The notes under the pieces were generated by a model. It was not told the DNA's origin. It was given only the letters and a program-made list of their open reading frames with translations, and searched no databases. Shown one piece after another: positions 12,875-24,667 of a DNA stretch of 64,000 nt. Numbering within the stretch: the stretch's first letter is position 1; each line of letters opens with the position of its first letter. Location: positions 49,354,001-49,418,000 of the forward strand of contig NC_058382.1 in NCBI RefSeq assembly GCF_018350175.1, read 5' to 3'. This stretch comes from Felis catus (lineage: Eukaryota). Made by a program: the position numbers and the translations under genes.

Positions 12875-12931
12875 CGGGAAGTCGTTAATTGCTTGTATGG
12901 ACCAACGTCGCCGGGCAGAGCGAGGAGACAT
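12875..12931 (-). CDS. WDR59: WDR59 alternative cassette exon 18a (57 nt, phase 0-0): MSPRSARRRWSIQAINDFP
   Basis: Long AG-free pyrimidine tract then cag|ATG...CCG|gtactg; frame-preserving between exons 18 and 19; peptide matches my recollection of a longer vertebrate WDR59 isoform. Confidence 0.85.
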
Positions 12932-14524
12932 CTGTGCGTGAAAACGTTACACCCAGGAGGAGGGAAGAAAAACACCAAGAAAATTAAAAGGGAAAAATAT
13001 AGAATAAAATGAAAGCTTCCCACATATTTGATGGATTAAAAGGTACCACAATATACTGCAAAATCAGGTTTGCATGACTAAAAATCTGAACCTAACCACA
13101 GCAATATTTGGAGATTCCCTCACCTCCCTCCAGACCCACTGCACTCCAAACCCAGCTTCAATGTCATAATTCTTTGGTTCAAAACACATTTCAAGATATT
13201 GAGGAGGCTGGCATCAATACAGCTCTGACAAGGTCAAGGTTTATAGTACTCTCATGAGGATTAAGACCGTAGGGCAAGCAGAGAAATAGATAGAGGGTCT
13301 ACTCTCCCCATCAAGAGCATACATTTGTGCGAGAAGATTCTCATTCCTAAAAATGAAGAAGCTCGTTGGTAGACTAACACCAAATTGTTTCTGATGTGTG
13401 GTTGGGGTGGGTGGGGCCAATGGGGGAAATTGGAAGCCTTGACCTTGGGGTTGCAGGACTATTTTCGGAGTGACACCATGGGGAGGCAAGAGCCCATGAG
13501 AAATGAAGGGAATGAGGGAGCAAAGCTGAAAAGCTGCTGTCCCGGGGGCACGTGCTAACAACATGCGCATCAGTGTGAAACTGGGGCTGAAAAGCACTGC
13601 TTATGGGAAATCAGAAATTATCCTATTAACTTCAAGACCTCCTCAGTTATTTACACTAGAGCTATTTTAGTAACATAAACTGAAGCATGGGTGGAGGTTG
13701 CAAAATGTAAAAAATGTTTATAGGCCAATGCCTAATGTTTATCACAAGTTCTAGGTCTTCTGATTTGCCCTAGGAATAAACAATATTTCACCGACTATTA
13801 ATAGGTGGTCCAGTTACCAAATGAACGTTAGCATCTCTCTGGGCTTTCTAACTTCCTATGAAATTTGATAGTTGTTTCTGGGTTTTTTTTTTTTTTTAGG
13901 TCTCTCACATTTTAAAATATTTAGGAGAGAACCTTGGAATTTCATCTGGAGAACATTTGGATGAATATGATAATATGACCTAAATAGGGCAGGTTAAAAA
14001 CACACCAAAAAACAAGAGAAACGATCAGAAAATCCCCAAAGACTCCATAAAGATTCTTATAATCTCCAAAATACTCTATAATTCCTTCACTGCTATACTT
14101 TAGCATGGTCATATTTTTTTCTTTTATTCTTACTCATTTATAGACCTCAGGGGTAGAGATCTAAAAGAGAATAAAGATATGTAGGAGAAAAACTGGGGCT
14201 GAAAATAAAGACTTCAGCACAGAGAAATTTAGTGATCTGGAATCATTTCGAGAACAAAAGTAATAAAAGTGGTGTTATTTGACATGTCAAACTAGATACC
14301 TGAGGATAAGAAAATACTCCTTGAGGGATAAAACCATATTGACCTCTAACAGGAAGGAAGATGGCCTATATAAGATATCATGGCCGGGTTGCCGTATTTC
14401 ATTTCCCTAACTCCCCCACCCCGCCCTCTGCCCCGTGTAAATGGGATGAACGTGAACAAGGTTTAAGGAGAGATGAATGTATTTCAGATTCATCACAAAA
14501 TGACTCACTCACTTAACTACTTTA

Positions 14525-14602
14525 TACAGCTGAACCACATGAAACTTTTTTTTGAGATTAAAAATGGTCAAATATCAGTAATTTCATAGGATGTCACCTA
14601 AT
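14525..14602. mobile_element. MADE2-like Mariner MITE (~80 bp)
   Basis: tgaaccacatgaaa...aaaaatggtcaaatatcagtaatttcatagg...acctaata with imperfect terminal inverted repeats. Confidence 0.7.
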
Positions 14603-16510
14603 AACTACTATCTATCTGTCACCCACTGAAATGTGCCTCCCTCCCCCAGGGCTTCTAGAGTTCTTATAATGTTCTACTTCTTGGCCTGGGTGTTGTTAGT
14701 TCACTGAATTATTGCCAATGATTTGTGAACTGTTCTGTACGTATATTATACAGAAATACAAAAGTTTCAAATAAAATTATAATAAAAGTGTCTGCTCCCC
14801 TTTTATGTGGTCACTATCTCAAATAAAACCCAAAGACCATGTGCTATACTAGGTCATCCTAAGGGACTATAAGAGCCCATTTTCTGTGGAGAAGCTGTAC
14901 ACCGGGAATCGTCCCAAAATGAAGGATCACAGTCCTCCCCCTCCTCCCCAGCAGATCCTACCTGATACAAGGTAATTATCTATGTGCCTTTGGTCCCTCT
15001 TTGTGACTGTGGTATTTATAGTAAAAGAGGCCAGACCGTGAAAAACATGGGCGTAAGGCTTTACAAATGCTTTTGCATTAGGAGAGGCCCCATGGTGGAA
15101 ACGGAGTTATTTTGACTAGACATGGCCTTTTTGCACTATCAGGGTCAAAAGTGCTAGTCAACCTACTTTCCCAATCCGAACCCAAGCATGAGTAACACAT
15201 GACATGATTCGAAGGAGGACTGAGAACTCTCTTGGACTAAGAGATCTCCTCAAATGGGCCCTTACACTCAAGAAAATTCGACCATTTACCCAACCATGAG
15301 TCTGTTTGCCTATTATGTCAATAAAATGCCCTAGTTCTGACCATCTAGCCAGCTGCCTGCTAGCTTGCTTGGAGGGAGTGGGGGGGAATCCTAAAAATTT
15401 TGAATGTAAAGGACTTGTGGGGATATATGTGTTCTGAGACAGTCAGCAACGGCCAGAGGGGCACAGTTCCATCAGAGATGTGAAGAAGGGGACTACGGAA
15501 AGGCAACAAAAATATCACTGTCCCCATTCAAGTGAGTGGTTTTGTCCAAGGTCGGTCCTATCTCAAGCATCAGCTCCTGCCGCTCGCTCATTTCAGTCAC
15601 ATACAAACTCTAAGACTACACCAAGTCAGAGGTGGACAACTATCAGTGTGAACCAAGGTTAGACAATACGATGCAGTCGAGGTGAAGACACCTCTAACAC
15701 TTGCTGGAAATTGGGTTTTTATTTAAAATAATTCAATTTTTTAAAAAACACATTTCAATTAGAGTCAATCCATCATTTAGCCGGGGACAACAACAAAGAA
15801 TTCCTAAGGACCGAGCTCTGCTTAAAACATCATTTCAGTTAAAAGCCAGTTTAAACCAGCCTCTCAATCTGACAACACAGGAAGAGTTCTTAGAAGCATT
15901 CCTACGCTCTGCCAACATTCTCTACACTGTCGTCACCAAAGGCTTCTGCTTCTGACAGCTTAATAGCTACATTAGGAACGATGAGTTCCTTAAGAACTCA
16001 GGAACACAGGACAGGCTCAGGTGATTTTGTATAAACTGACCATTCAGATGGGCATTTCAGTGGAGATTTAGTAAAAGCCTAAGACCTCTTAGAGATCAAC
16101 TTTATAACTTTTCACCACTATGAACTTCTAAATATATCGAGATCCCAAGCCTTCAGAAGCATCCCTAAATTTGTTGACAAACATCAGAATATGAAGGAAG
16201 ATCTGCAGCTAAATTATGCTACCTGAAACAAGGGGAATCAAGCTTCGTAAATGGGGGTAACAAGGATAGGGTTAAATGGGGAGCGAAGAATATGGATTCT
16301 AAGAACCAACCCATCCCTCCACACACACAATTCACAGTAGTTAAAACCAACTGAAAGGAACCAAGCAAAGGTCTTTCTTGAACCAACTAATTTTGAAAGT
16401 TAGAGACTATAGGGGCATCGCTAACTTAGCTGCTGTGCAGAGCAGGCAGGGAGACAAAGAACGAAAATCTAGAAGGAGTAAGAATCAGAGGCCATGCCTC
16501 TCCTGCTTAC

Positions 16511-16664
16511 CCGCTCCTTGTAGTAGAAGGAGCTGATGGAGACCTGCTCTTTCTCACTTCGAGTGGGGCTCCCACTGTATAAACGAAGGTTGCCAGGGGC
16601 CTCTGTGCGGATCTTCATTGGCGCAATCAAGCCAGTATGATAAGCAGACAAGGCTGACAGAGAC
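16511..16664 (-). CDS. WDR59: WDR59 exon 18 (154 nt)
   Basis: cag|SLSALSAYHTGLIAPMKIRTEAPGNLRLYSGSPTRSEKEQVSISSFYYKER|gtaag. Confidence 0.97.
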
Positions 16665-17027
16665 CTGTAGTTGAAAACAGAATTATCCATACTGGCTTCA
16701 GTCTTTCCTTATTTCCAAATACTGTTGCTCTTAAGCACATGATGAAACCAAGAGGAAAAGATGGGTAAAACGGGAAAAAAAGGAAACTCAACAAAAAGAA
16801 CAAAACACGACTTTTGTCTGCAAAAGCGGAGAATACTTCTAAGACTGTATACATAGAAAATCAAAGGAATCTACAAACTATGAGAATGAACAAGTGAATT
16901 TAGATACAAGGCCAATCTATAAAAATCTGCATTTCTATACATTAGAAACAAACATTTAGAAATATCTTAAAATTTTCATTTACGATAGCATCAAATACCT
17001 AGAAATGAACTTAATTTAAAAATGTGC

Positions 17028-17247
17028 GGGGCGCCTGGGTGGCACAGTCGGTTAAGCGTCCGACTTCAGCCAGGTCACGATCTCGCGGCCCGTGAGTTCG
17101 AGCCCCACGTCAGGCTCTGGGCTGATGGCTCAGAGCCTGGAGCCTGTTTCCGATTCTGTGTCTCCCTCTCTCTCTGCCCCTCCCCCGTTCATGCTCTGTC
17201 TCTCTCTGTCCCAAAAATAAATAAACGTTGAAAAAAAAAATTAAAAA
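17028..17247 (+). mobile_element. Young feline SINEC_Fc-type element
   Basis: ggggcgcctgggtggcacagtcggttaagcgtccgacttcagccaggtcacgatctc...; CpG-retaining; TSD aaaaatgtgc. Confidence 0.93.
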
Positions 17248-18584
17248 AAAAATGTGCATTGAAAACACAAAATATTGCTGAGAAATCAGAGAAGTATCAA
17301 GTTAGTGGGTGAGAAGTTTCCATATTACTGTCAAGATGTCAGTTTTCTCCAAACTGATCTGTAGAATTGACACATTTCCAATCAAAATATGAAGAGAATT
17401 TTTGTGTAGAAACCAATTAGCCATGTCATGTTTTTACAGGAATGCAAAAGACCTAGCCAATAGCCAACATGATCCTGAGTAAGAGTAATAAAACTGGAGG
17501 ACTTACTAGCAGATTTGAAGACTTACAATATAAAAGCTACATTAAGAGTATAGTGTTGGCATAAAGAGAAACCAATAGAGCAAAGGAAAAAAGTAGACTC
17601 TAGAAATAGACCCACAACCATATTCAATTGATTTTCAACAATGGTATCAATACAATTTTTTTTTAATCAATGCAAATTCAATGAGGAAAGTCAAAATTTT
17701 TCCATGAATGGTGCTGGAACAATAACTATATAGCTCTACTGAAAAAAGCAAACTTTGACCCCTACCTCACATCATACACACAAAAAATTAATTTGAGATT
17801 GACTACAGACCTTAAAGAAGGACTCTAAAACTATAAACTTTTAAAAGAGAATATTTTTGTAACCTTGGGTTAGGCAAAGATTTTTTTTTTCTAGAACACA
17901 AAAGCACTAAACATAAAATTTTTAAAGTGATAGATTGGATTTTATCAAAATTAAAAACTTGTATTTATCAAAAATCATTATGGAGAAAGACAAACCACAG
18001 ATTAAGAGAAAATCTATCTGGACTTCCAGCAAACGATTTAGAACCAGAATAAAGAACTGACACAAATAAATAATAAGAAACCTAGTCCTATAGAAATGAG
18101 CAAAATACTTGAACAGGCACATCACAAAAGAATATACCCAAATGATCAATGAGCACACAAAAGCTGCCCAACATCACCAGTCATCACCACAATGAGATAC
18201 CACACACCCGTCACAATGACTAAAGTTGAAAAGATTGAAAATATCAAATTTTGGAAAGAATGTGGAGCAACTATAATTCTGAAACATTGCCGATAAGAGT
18301 GTAAAATGACACAACCACTGGGGACAGACTTTTTGGCAATGCTAAAAAAAAAAAAAAAAAAAAAAATCAAACATACACCTAACCTATGACCCAGGGATTC
18401 TGCCCCTAGGGTAGAGAAGTTAATATACATGTCCATAAAAAGACTTCTGTGTGTAGGTCTACTCATGATAGCCCCAAACTAGAAATAATTCAAATATCCC
18501 TCAAGAAGAGAATGATAAATTGTATTATTTTCATACAATGGAACCATTGATATATGCAACTCTGTGGATCAATTTCAAAAACAT

Positions 18585-18785
18585 AAGAGACTCTTAAACA
18601 TGGAGAACAAATAGAGGGTTACTGGAGGGGTTGTGGGAGGGGGAAATGGGCAAGGGGCACTAAGGAATCTACTTCTGAAATCACCATTGCACTATATGCC
18701 AACTAATTTGGATGTTCCACTATACGCTAACTAATTTGGATGTAAATTTAATAAATAAAATTAAAAACAAAAAACAAAAAAACAT
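18585..18785 (+). mobile_element. Carnivore L1 3' end, 5'-truncated
   Basis: aagagactctta...gagaacaaa.agagggtt..tggagggg; A-tail; TSD aaaaacat(t)aag. Confidence 0.75.
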
Positions 18786-19429
18786 TAAGTTAGCAAAACA
18801 GGTGAGACACAAAACAGCACATGCTGCCTGATGTGCTACTTAAACGAAGCTCAAACACAGCCAAAACCACAACTACAATGATGGAAGTCGGAAGACTGGT
18901 TTCCTCTGGGTGTTAACAGAGAAAACTCCTGTTCTCTATGTTGATCTGGGTGTTGGTCATCAAGGTATACACTTCACATCTGTGTACTGTAAATGAGACC
19001 TTACTGAAACACTGTTAGTGTGCAAACCGTTCTAATAGGAACATTCTTCCCTCTTATCCGAAGCCCAGATACACATATTCTTGTTTCCCTTTGAGAGCAG
19101 GTGCTTGTTTTCTAGTCCAACCTTTCGAAAATGGAACCCAAGTAATACATGGGGTCTCTGACACTTAACTCCCCAGGCCTGTGCAGTCAAGGTCTCATCC
19201 GCTCAGGTGACTGCAGAGATTGGCAGACTCCCGGGACAGCAGTGGTGCCTCCTCATGCACTCGGTTCCATCTTCTTTCTTTCCGGGAAGTATGCTAATTA
19301 TATTTCATCCAATACATCAGGTGTTCGCAATGGGAGGACTTTCATGTCATCCTAGACACCGCACTGCAGGGGCAGAAGTCCCTCGTACGCACCTTATAAT
19401 TTTTAAGTTTAAAAAACCAGTGGTATGGG

Positions 19430-20610
19430 GGAGGTTGTGCATGTGTGGGGACGGGTGTATATGAGGACCCTCTGTACCCTCCACCCAATTTTACTACATA
19501 CTTAAAACTGCTCTAAAACATGAAGTTTATTAGTTAAGAAAAAAAAAAAAAAAACCTTTATGATGTGATCCAGCAATTCTGCTCATAGGTATATACTGGA
19601 GAAAAATGAAAAGCTGTGTCCACACAAAAAGTTGTACAAGAATGCACAAAACAGCATTATTTGTAATAGCCAAAAAATGCAAATAACCCCAATGTCCACA
19701 GACTGATAAAGAAATAAATAAAATGTGGCATATGTATATGACAGAATATTATCTGGCAATAAAAACGAAGTCCTGGGGCGCCTGGGTGGCTCAATCGGTT
19801 GAGTATCTGACTCTTGATTTTGGCTCAGGGCATGATCTCACGGTTTGTGAGATTAAGCCCCCTGTTGGGCTCTGAGCTGAGTGTGGAAGCCTGCTTAAGA
19901 TTCTCTCTCTCTCTTCCTCTCTCTTTCTCTCTCTCTCCCCCTCCCTCTGTGCCTCTCCTCTGCTCACACGTTTCTCTCTCTCTAGAATAAAATTAAAAAA
20001 ACAAAAAAAGAACTACTGACCATGCTACAATATGTATGAGCTGTGAAAACATTACACTAAGCAAGGGGCGCCTGGGTGGCTCAGTCAGTTGAGCATCTGA
20101 CGTTAGCTCATGTCATGATCTCATGGTTCGCGAGTTTGAGCCCTACGTCGGGCTCTGTGCTGACAGCTCAGAGCCTAGAGCCTGCTTTGAGTTCTGGATC
20201 TCCCTCTCTCTCTGCCATCCCCTGCTCACACTCTGTCTCTCCCTCTGTCTGAAAAATAAATAAACATTTTTTAAAAGTTAAAAAAAACATTACACTAAGT
20301 GAAAGAAGCCAGTCACAAAGGACCACATAATTATATGATTCTATTACTATAACATGCCCAGAATAGGCAAAATGATTGACAGAAAGTACATCAGTGTTTG
20401 CCCAGTACTGGAAGAAAGGGGGACTTGGGAGTGTTGACACCTAGGGGATGCAGTTTCTTTTGAGGGTAATTAAAAATGTTCTAGAACTGACTGTAGTGAT
20501 GGCTGCGCATGATCTGTGAATACACAACAAGCCACTGAATTATATACTTTAAATGGGTCAACTGTATACTATGTGAATTATATTTGAGTAAAACAGTGAA
20601 AACTTAAACA
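19430..20610 (+). mobile_element. L1M 3' fragment with two nested Can-SINEs (19775-20010, 20065-20287)
   Basis: cagcaattc..ctcataggtatat, gaaagaagccagtcacaaagg, ccactgaattatatactttaaatggg; SINE heads ggggcgcctgggtggctca with TSDs. Confidence 0.88.
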
Positions 20611-21400
20611 GTAGTAATAGGAAACACAGAGCCACACGCCAGGCTGTATTCTAAATGCTTCCCAGGGATTAACTCATTGATTCTTCCCAGCAACCCAAGT
20701 ATGTAGGTGCCGCTATCATCCCCAACTTATTGGTGAGGAAACTCAAGGATGGTTTAGATAACTTGCCTAAGGTCACAGAACAGCAGGGCCAAGACTTGGA
20801 CCTGGTGGTTTGGCTCCGGAGTCCACATTCCCATTTGCTACCTTAGATCTCCTCTTAAAAACAAAACAAAGCAAACAAAAAACCGACACACAGAAAAATA
20901 ATGGAGACCAGACGGGAAGCATGTTAAATTGCTAACGATGACTCCCCATGGAAAAGAACAGCTTTCAAATCTTAACTGAAAACTTCCATAATGTTAGAGT
21001 TTTTCCAACCACTGAATGTAGTTTATAAAAATTTCACACGTTTTGGTAATGTTAGAAGTGGCATACTAATGTTGTGGAACTAGAAATGACATTTTTTTTG
21101 TTATTTTTCTATTGTTATTTAATGTTCAAATAATACTTTAGCAACAGGGGAAAAGAATTTGCCTTGTTTTGACAACAACTTTTATCAAACTTCTTCTAGT
21201 GGTTTGGTGGTAACCTGACAGTACAAATCTCAGCTGAGTAGCAATTTAATGTACCTGATCTTTCTCCAATGAATCTTCTAATGGGTATTTACTGAAGAAC
21301 TAACACACACTGTCCCAAGACCAATGCAGTGATAAACCCCGGATGTCTGCCCACTTATGGCTCCGTGAGTGCAGCTTACACCTGCATCTCCCAGGCTCAC

Positions 21401-21470
21401 CTCGGAGTAGGTTCTGTCGGAGACACTGCTCGATGCATCGTCATAGGCCGCGTGAAATACACCAGATAGC
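21401..21470 (-). CDS. WDR59: WDR59 exon 17 (70 nt)
   Basis: cag|YLVYFTRPMTMHRAVSPTEPTP|gtgag. Confidence 0.97.
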
Positions 21471-21916
21471 CTGACAAAGGAGACACCACATGGGCACATC
21501 AAGGTCAATGAGTTGCACACGGGAAATCCGAAGGCAGCACCGGTCAGTCCTCACTACAGCCACACTTTAACAAGGACAAAGGTCAGAATCTCTAGGATCC
21601 AGGAAGGATGGGATGTGTTTGGTGTAGAAAAAATCTTCTCAGGTACTTTCTACTTCTTTGCTAGGGGACCTGTCCTACGTTGAGAATCAGGGATCGTCAG
21701 AATGAAAAAATTAAAACTGCAATTCTGTTGAGTATTCTCAGGAAATGTCCACAGAAGCCAATTCAACATCATACCATTTAACACTCTCGCAATCTTTTGA
21801 GTTACCAGGAAACGACGACAAATTTTCTGATTTGTCTGAGATTTCTTTATAGACTATAGGACAGTCTCAGCTTCTCACTCTCACAATCTAGTCAGAGAAC
21901 CAAAAGAAAGACAAAC

Positions 21917-22073
21917 CTGCTCCACAGAACCTGGCCCCCGAGGTCCTAGGGAAGGGAATGTTGGCATCTTGGTATGACCCATAGGCAGTGGTCACCCGGG
22001 CAAACGTTGGTAAGGGCGGAGTGACGGAGTTTGGGAGTGCAAAGGGGTTGCTGGAAGTGCTGTCTTCTTGGTT
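21917..22073 (-). CDS. WDR59: WDR59 exon 16 (157 nt)
   Basis: cag|NQEDSTSSNPFALPNSVTPPLPTFARVTTAYGSYQDANIPFPRTSGARFCGA|gtttg. Confidence 0.97.
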
Positions 22074-22098
22074 CTGAAATTTAAAAATTAACAGACTA

Positions 22099-22278
22099 GG
22101 GGCACCTGGGTGGCTCAGTCGTTTAAGCGTCCGACTCTTGGTTCCCGCTCAGGTCATGATCTCACACTTGGGGAGTTCAAGCCCCACATCAGAGTGTGGA
22201 GACTGGGATTCTCTCTCTCCCCCTCTCTCTCTGCCTCTCTCTCTCTCTCAAAATAAATAAGTAAACTTAAAAAAATTT
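22099..22278 (+). mobile_element. Can-SINE in WDR59 intron 15
   Basis: ggggcacctgggtggctcagtc head, (CT)n, tail; TSD ttaaca(g/t)acta. Confidence 0.92.
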
Positions 22279-22396
22279 TTAACATACTAAAAACCACAGG
22301 CTGTCTTAAAGCTGACTTACAAAATGAGGATACATTAGTTTGGGGAGGAAGAAACGAAACAAAACACCAAAGCACGAGTCGGTACAAGAATCCCAC

Positions 22397-22492
22397 CACA
22401 AAAGACTCAAGGCAGGAGACGAGCTGGCGCAGGCAGGGCTCCAAACAACTCTGGTTGCGCTTCACTTTTTGCAGGGAAGTGTCTTTCAGGAT
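22397..22492 (-). CDS. WDR59: WDR59 exon 15 (96 nt)
   Basis: tag|ILKDTSLQKVKRNQSCLEPCLRQLVSCLESFV|gtggg. Confidence 0.96.
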
Positions 22493-23059
22493 CTAGAAAA
22501 GGCACGAAACACAGTCAAGAATAGCAACCTTCTCTCTCCTGATTCATTTTATTCTTCAAAGCAGTGGGAGGCCGTGAAGACGCAGGGAGACTGGAGCACA
22601 GCCGTGCCTCAGGCTTCCAGCGCAGCAACCTACTTTCCACCTGCTCTAGAGGCGCGGAGAGCAGATGCGTTTCTGTGCCCTCTTCGAGAAGCCCGTTCCT
22701 CAGCCAGGGTGTGCACACACATCTTTACTGTGAATTCTACTCCTGCCCTGTCCTAGCTTGACCCCTATCCCCCCCAGGAAAATCTCAGTACCTTAGAAGT
22801 AATGCTCAATACAAGCCCGGGGGAGAAGATTTCAATCCAGTGGAAATTATTATAATTTTTTTCTTCTTTAAAAACATAAATCCTAACATTTTAAGGCACA
22901 TACTGGAGACCTAAAGTGACATACACATACTGAAGACAGGCACGTAAACTGGCTGTCCTGTAACGAAGTCATTACCCATGTGGGGCTACGGGGCATGGGA
23001 AGTGAGGAGAGTCTGAATCGAGAGGTTCTGGAAGCATACAATTCATACCAAGTGTTGAA

Positions 23060-23260
23060 GACTTATTAGTACAAGAATGCAAAGTGTCTCAACAATCGTT
23101 ATATGGATTGCATGTTGATATAACACTTGGCACATACTGGATTAAGTAAAAATAGTATTGAAATTAATTTACCTGCTACTTTCCATTTTTTTTTAGTGTG
23201 ATTACTAGAAAATTTTAAATTATGTGTAGCCTACATTCTATTTCTGTCAGACAGTACTCA
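23060..23260. mobile_element. MER3/MER33-like hAT relic
   Basis: gattgcatgttga...aaattaatttacctg...ctagaaaattttaaattatgtgtagc. Confidence 0.6.
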
Positions 23261-23399
23261 ATTAGACTTTTAGAGATACTTCCTAATCCTATCATTTGTA
23301 TACCAATAGGAAGATCTATCTTTTTTTTATATGTGCAAATAAGACAATGAAATATTCAAATTCCGAGTACAGAAAAACAAACAAACAAACAAAAAAAAC

Positions 23400-23598
23400 C
23401 CGACTCGTAACTAGAGAGAACAAATAGATGGTTACCAGAGGGGAGGCAGGTGGGAGATGAGTGAAATAGGTGATGGGGATTAACCACACTTAACGCGATG
23501 AGTGGTGCTGAGTGATGTAGAGAATTGTTGAATCATTGTATTGTACACCTAAAACTACTGTTAACGCTGTATGTTAATTATACTTGGATTCAAAAAAT
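23400..23598 (+). mobile_element. Carnivore L1 3' end fragment
   Basis: gagaacaaatagatggttaccagaggggagg...gaatcattgtattgtacacct. Confidence 0.75.
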
Positions 23599-24502
23599 TC
23601 CAAGCACAAAATGTACCTCTACCACAAAACCAAAGTAATGTCTGAGAGATCTTTACGCCACCTGAAAAATTTCTTGGCTACGTATCTTATCCCAAGGAGA
23701 CGGGCCAAGTGTGTATAATACAAACTAGGCCAAAGCGAACAGCATTTGGGTCAACTTGGTTGGTCAGGACTTTTCAGTTACTTCACACAGGCTGCTGCTC
23801 ACACTGAAAAAGGTATAGCATCCCCAGCTCGTGGGGCTGTTTAAATGGGGGTTCTGCCTGATTCGCTCTGCATGAACTGACAGAGCAAGTTCCTGAGCCA
23901 GCAGCTAAGAGCAGACGCCGTGCCGGTCGGCCCTGTTTCGGGCACCACCGCCATGCCTCCAGACGCCTCACGTGTTCAACGAGCCAGCCGCGCTCTGGGA
24001 TGACACCATTTCCTCTCATGGAATGAACTTTTTTAGTGACCTCACATTTTGTTTTCTGATTATAAAGTATCTCTTAGCTTCAGAATACATCTTGCCTACT
24101 GTTTCCAGATAAATGAAAATGTACTGCAGGGCTCTTAACCCGGGATTGATGCACAGCTTTAATGAGATCTCTGAGCAGATGAGAGGCAATTATGGAACCG
24201 CATCCTATTCACGCACAGTGTTTCTGAAATTATATACCACAGTTGCGCAAATTTTTCTGTGTCGGTTTCATTAGATGTTCAAAGGGGCTCCACGACCCAA
24301 AAAGGCTGAGGACCACCTCCACTGTTTGCTACACACAGTGAACAGCAAGGGCTAACCCGGTGGCGCGGAAGGACAGATGACTTTCAAATCTTCTCTATCG
24401 GACTTTTCACTCGACCTTACTCCTCAACTCAGACACGGACGCCCGTGGACAGAGGTTTCCTCTTAAGACACCTGAGGAGAATTTGTGAACACAGACCCCC
24501 AC

Positions 24503-24667
24503 CTTCAGCAGCTTGGCTTTCATCGTGGACGTGATGGTGGTGGGGTTGATAAACTGGAACGAGGGGGCAGCGTTGTTGGGATACTGCGCGGGGAACTTGA
24601 CCAGCATCTTGACGCGGTGGCTGCTGCAGTGCACAGACACCGTGCAGCTCCTGTCCGCCGCATCCAT
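24503..24667 (-). CDS. WDR59: WDR59 exon 14 (165 nt), RWD domain
   Basis: cag|MDAADRSCTVSVHCSSHRVKMLVKFPAQYPNNAAPSFQFINPTTITSTMKAKLLK|gtggg; FPxxYPxxxP-like RWD motif. Confidence 0.97.

Larger units (their letters stand above)
16800..19000 (+). mobile_element. Old L1 (L1M) ORF2/3' fragment carrying a nested SINE and a younger L1 3' end
   Basis: L1 ORF2 motifs (aatggtgctggaacaa, tttgacccctacctcacatcatacac, agaatgtggagcaact), degenerate. Confidence 0.85.

Noticed and set aside
15112..15161. Hairpin ttgactag...ctagtcaa
   Set aside because: Short; the inner stem depends on G-U pairs that exist only on the non-transcribed orientation; compatible with chance
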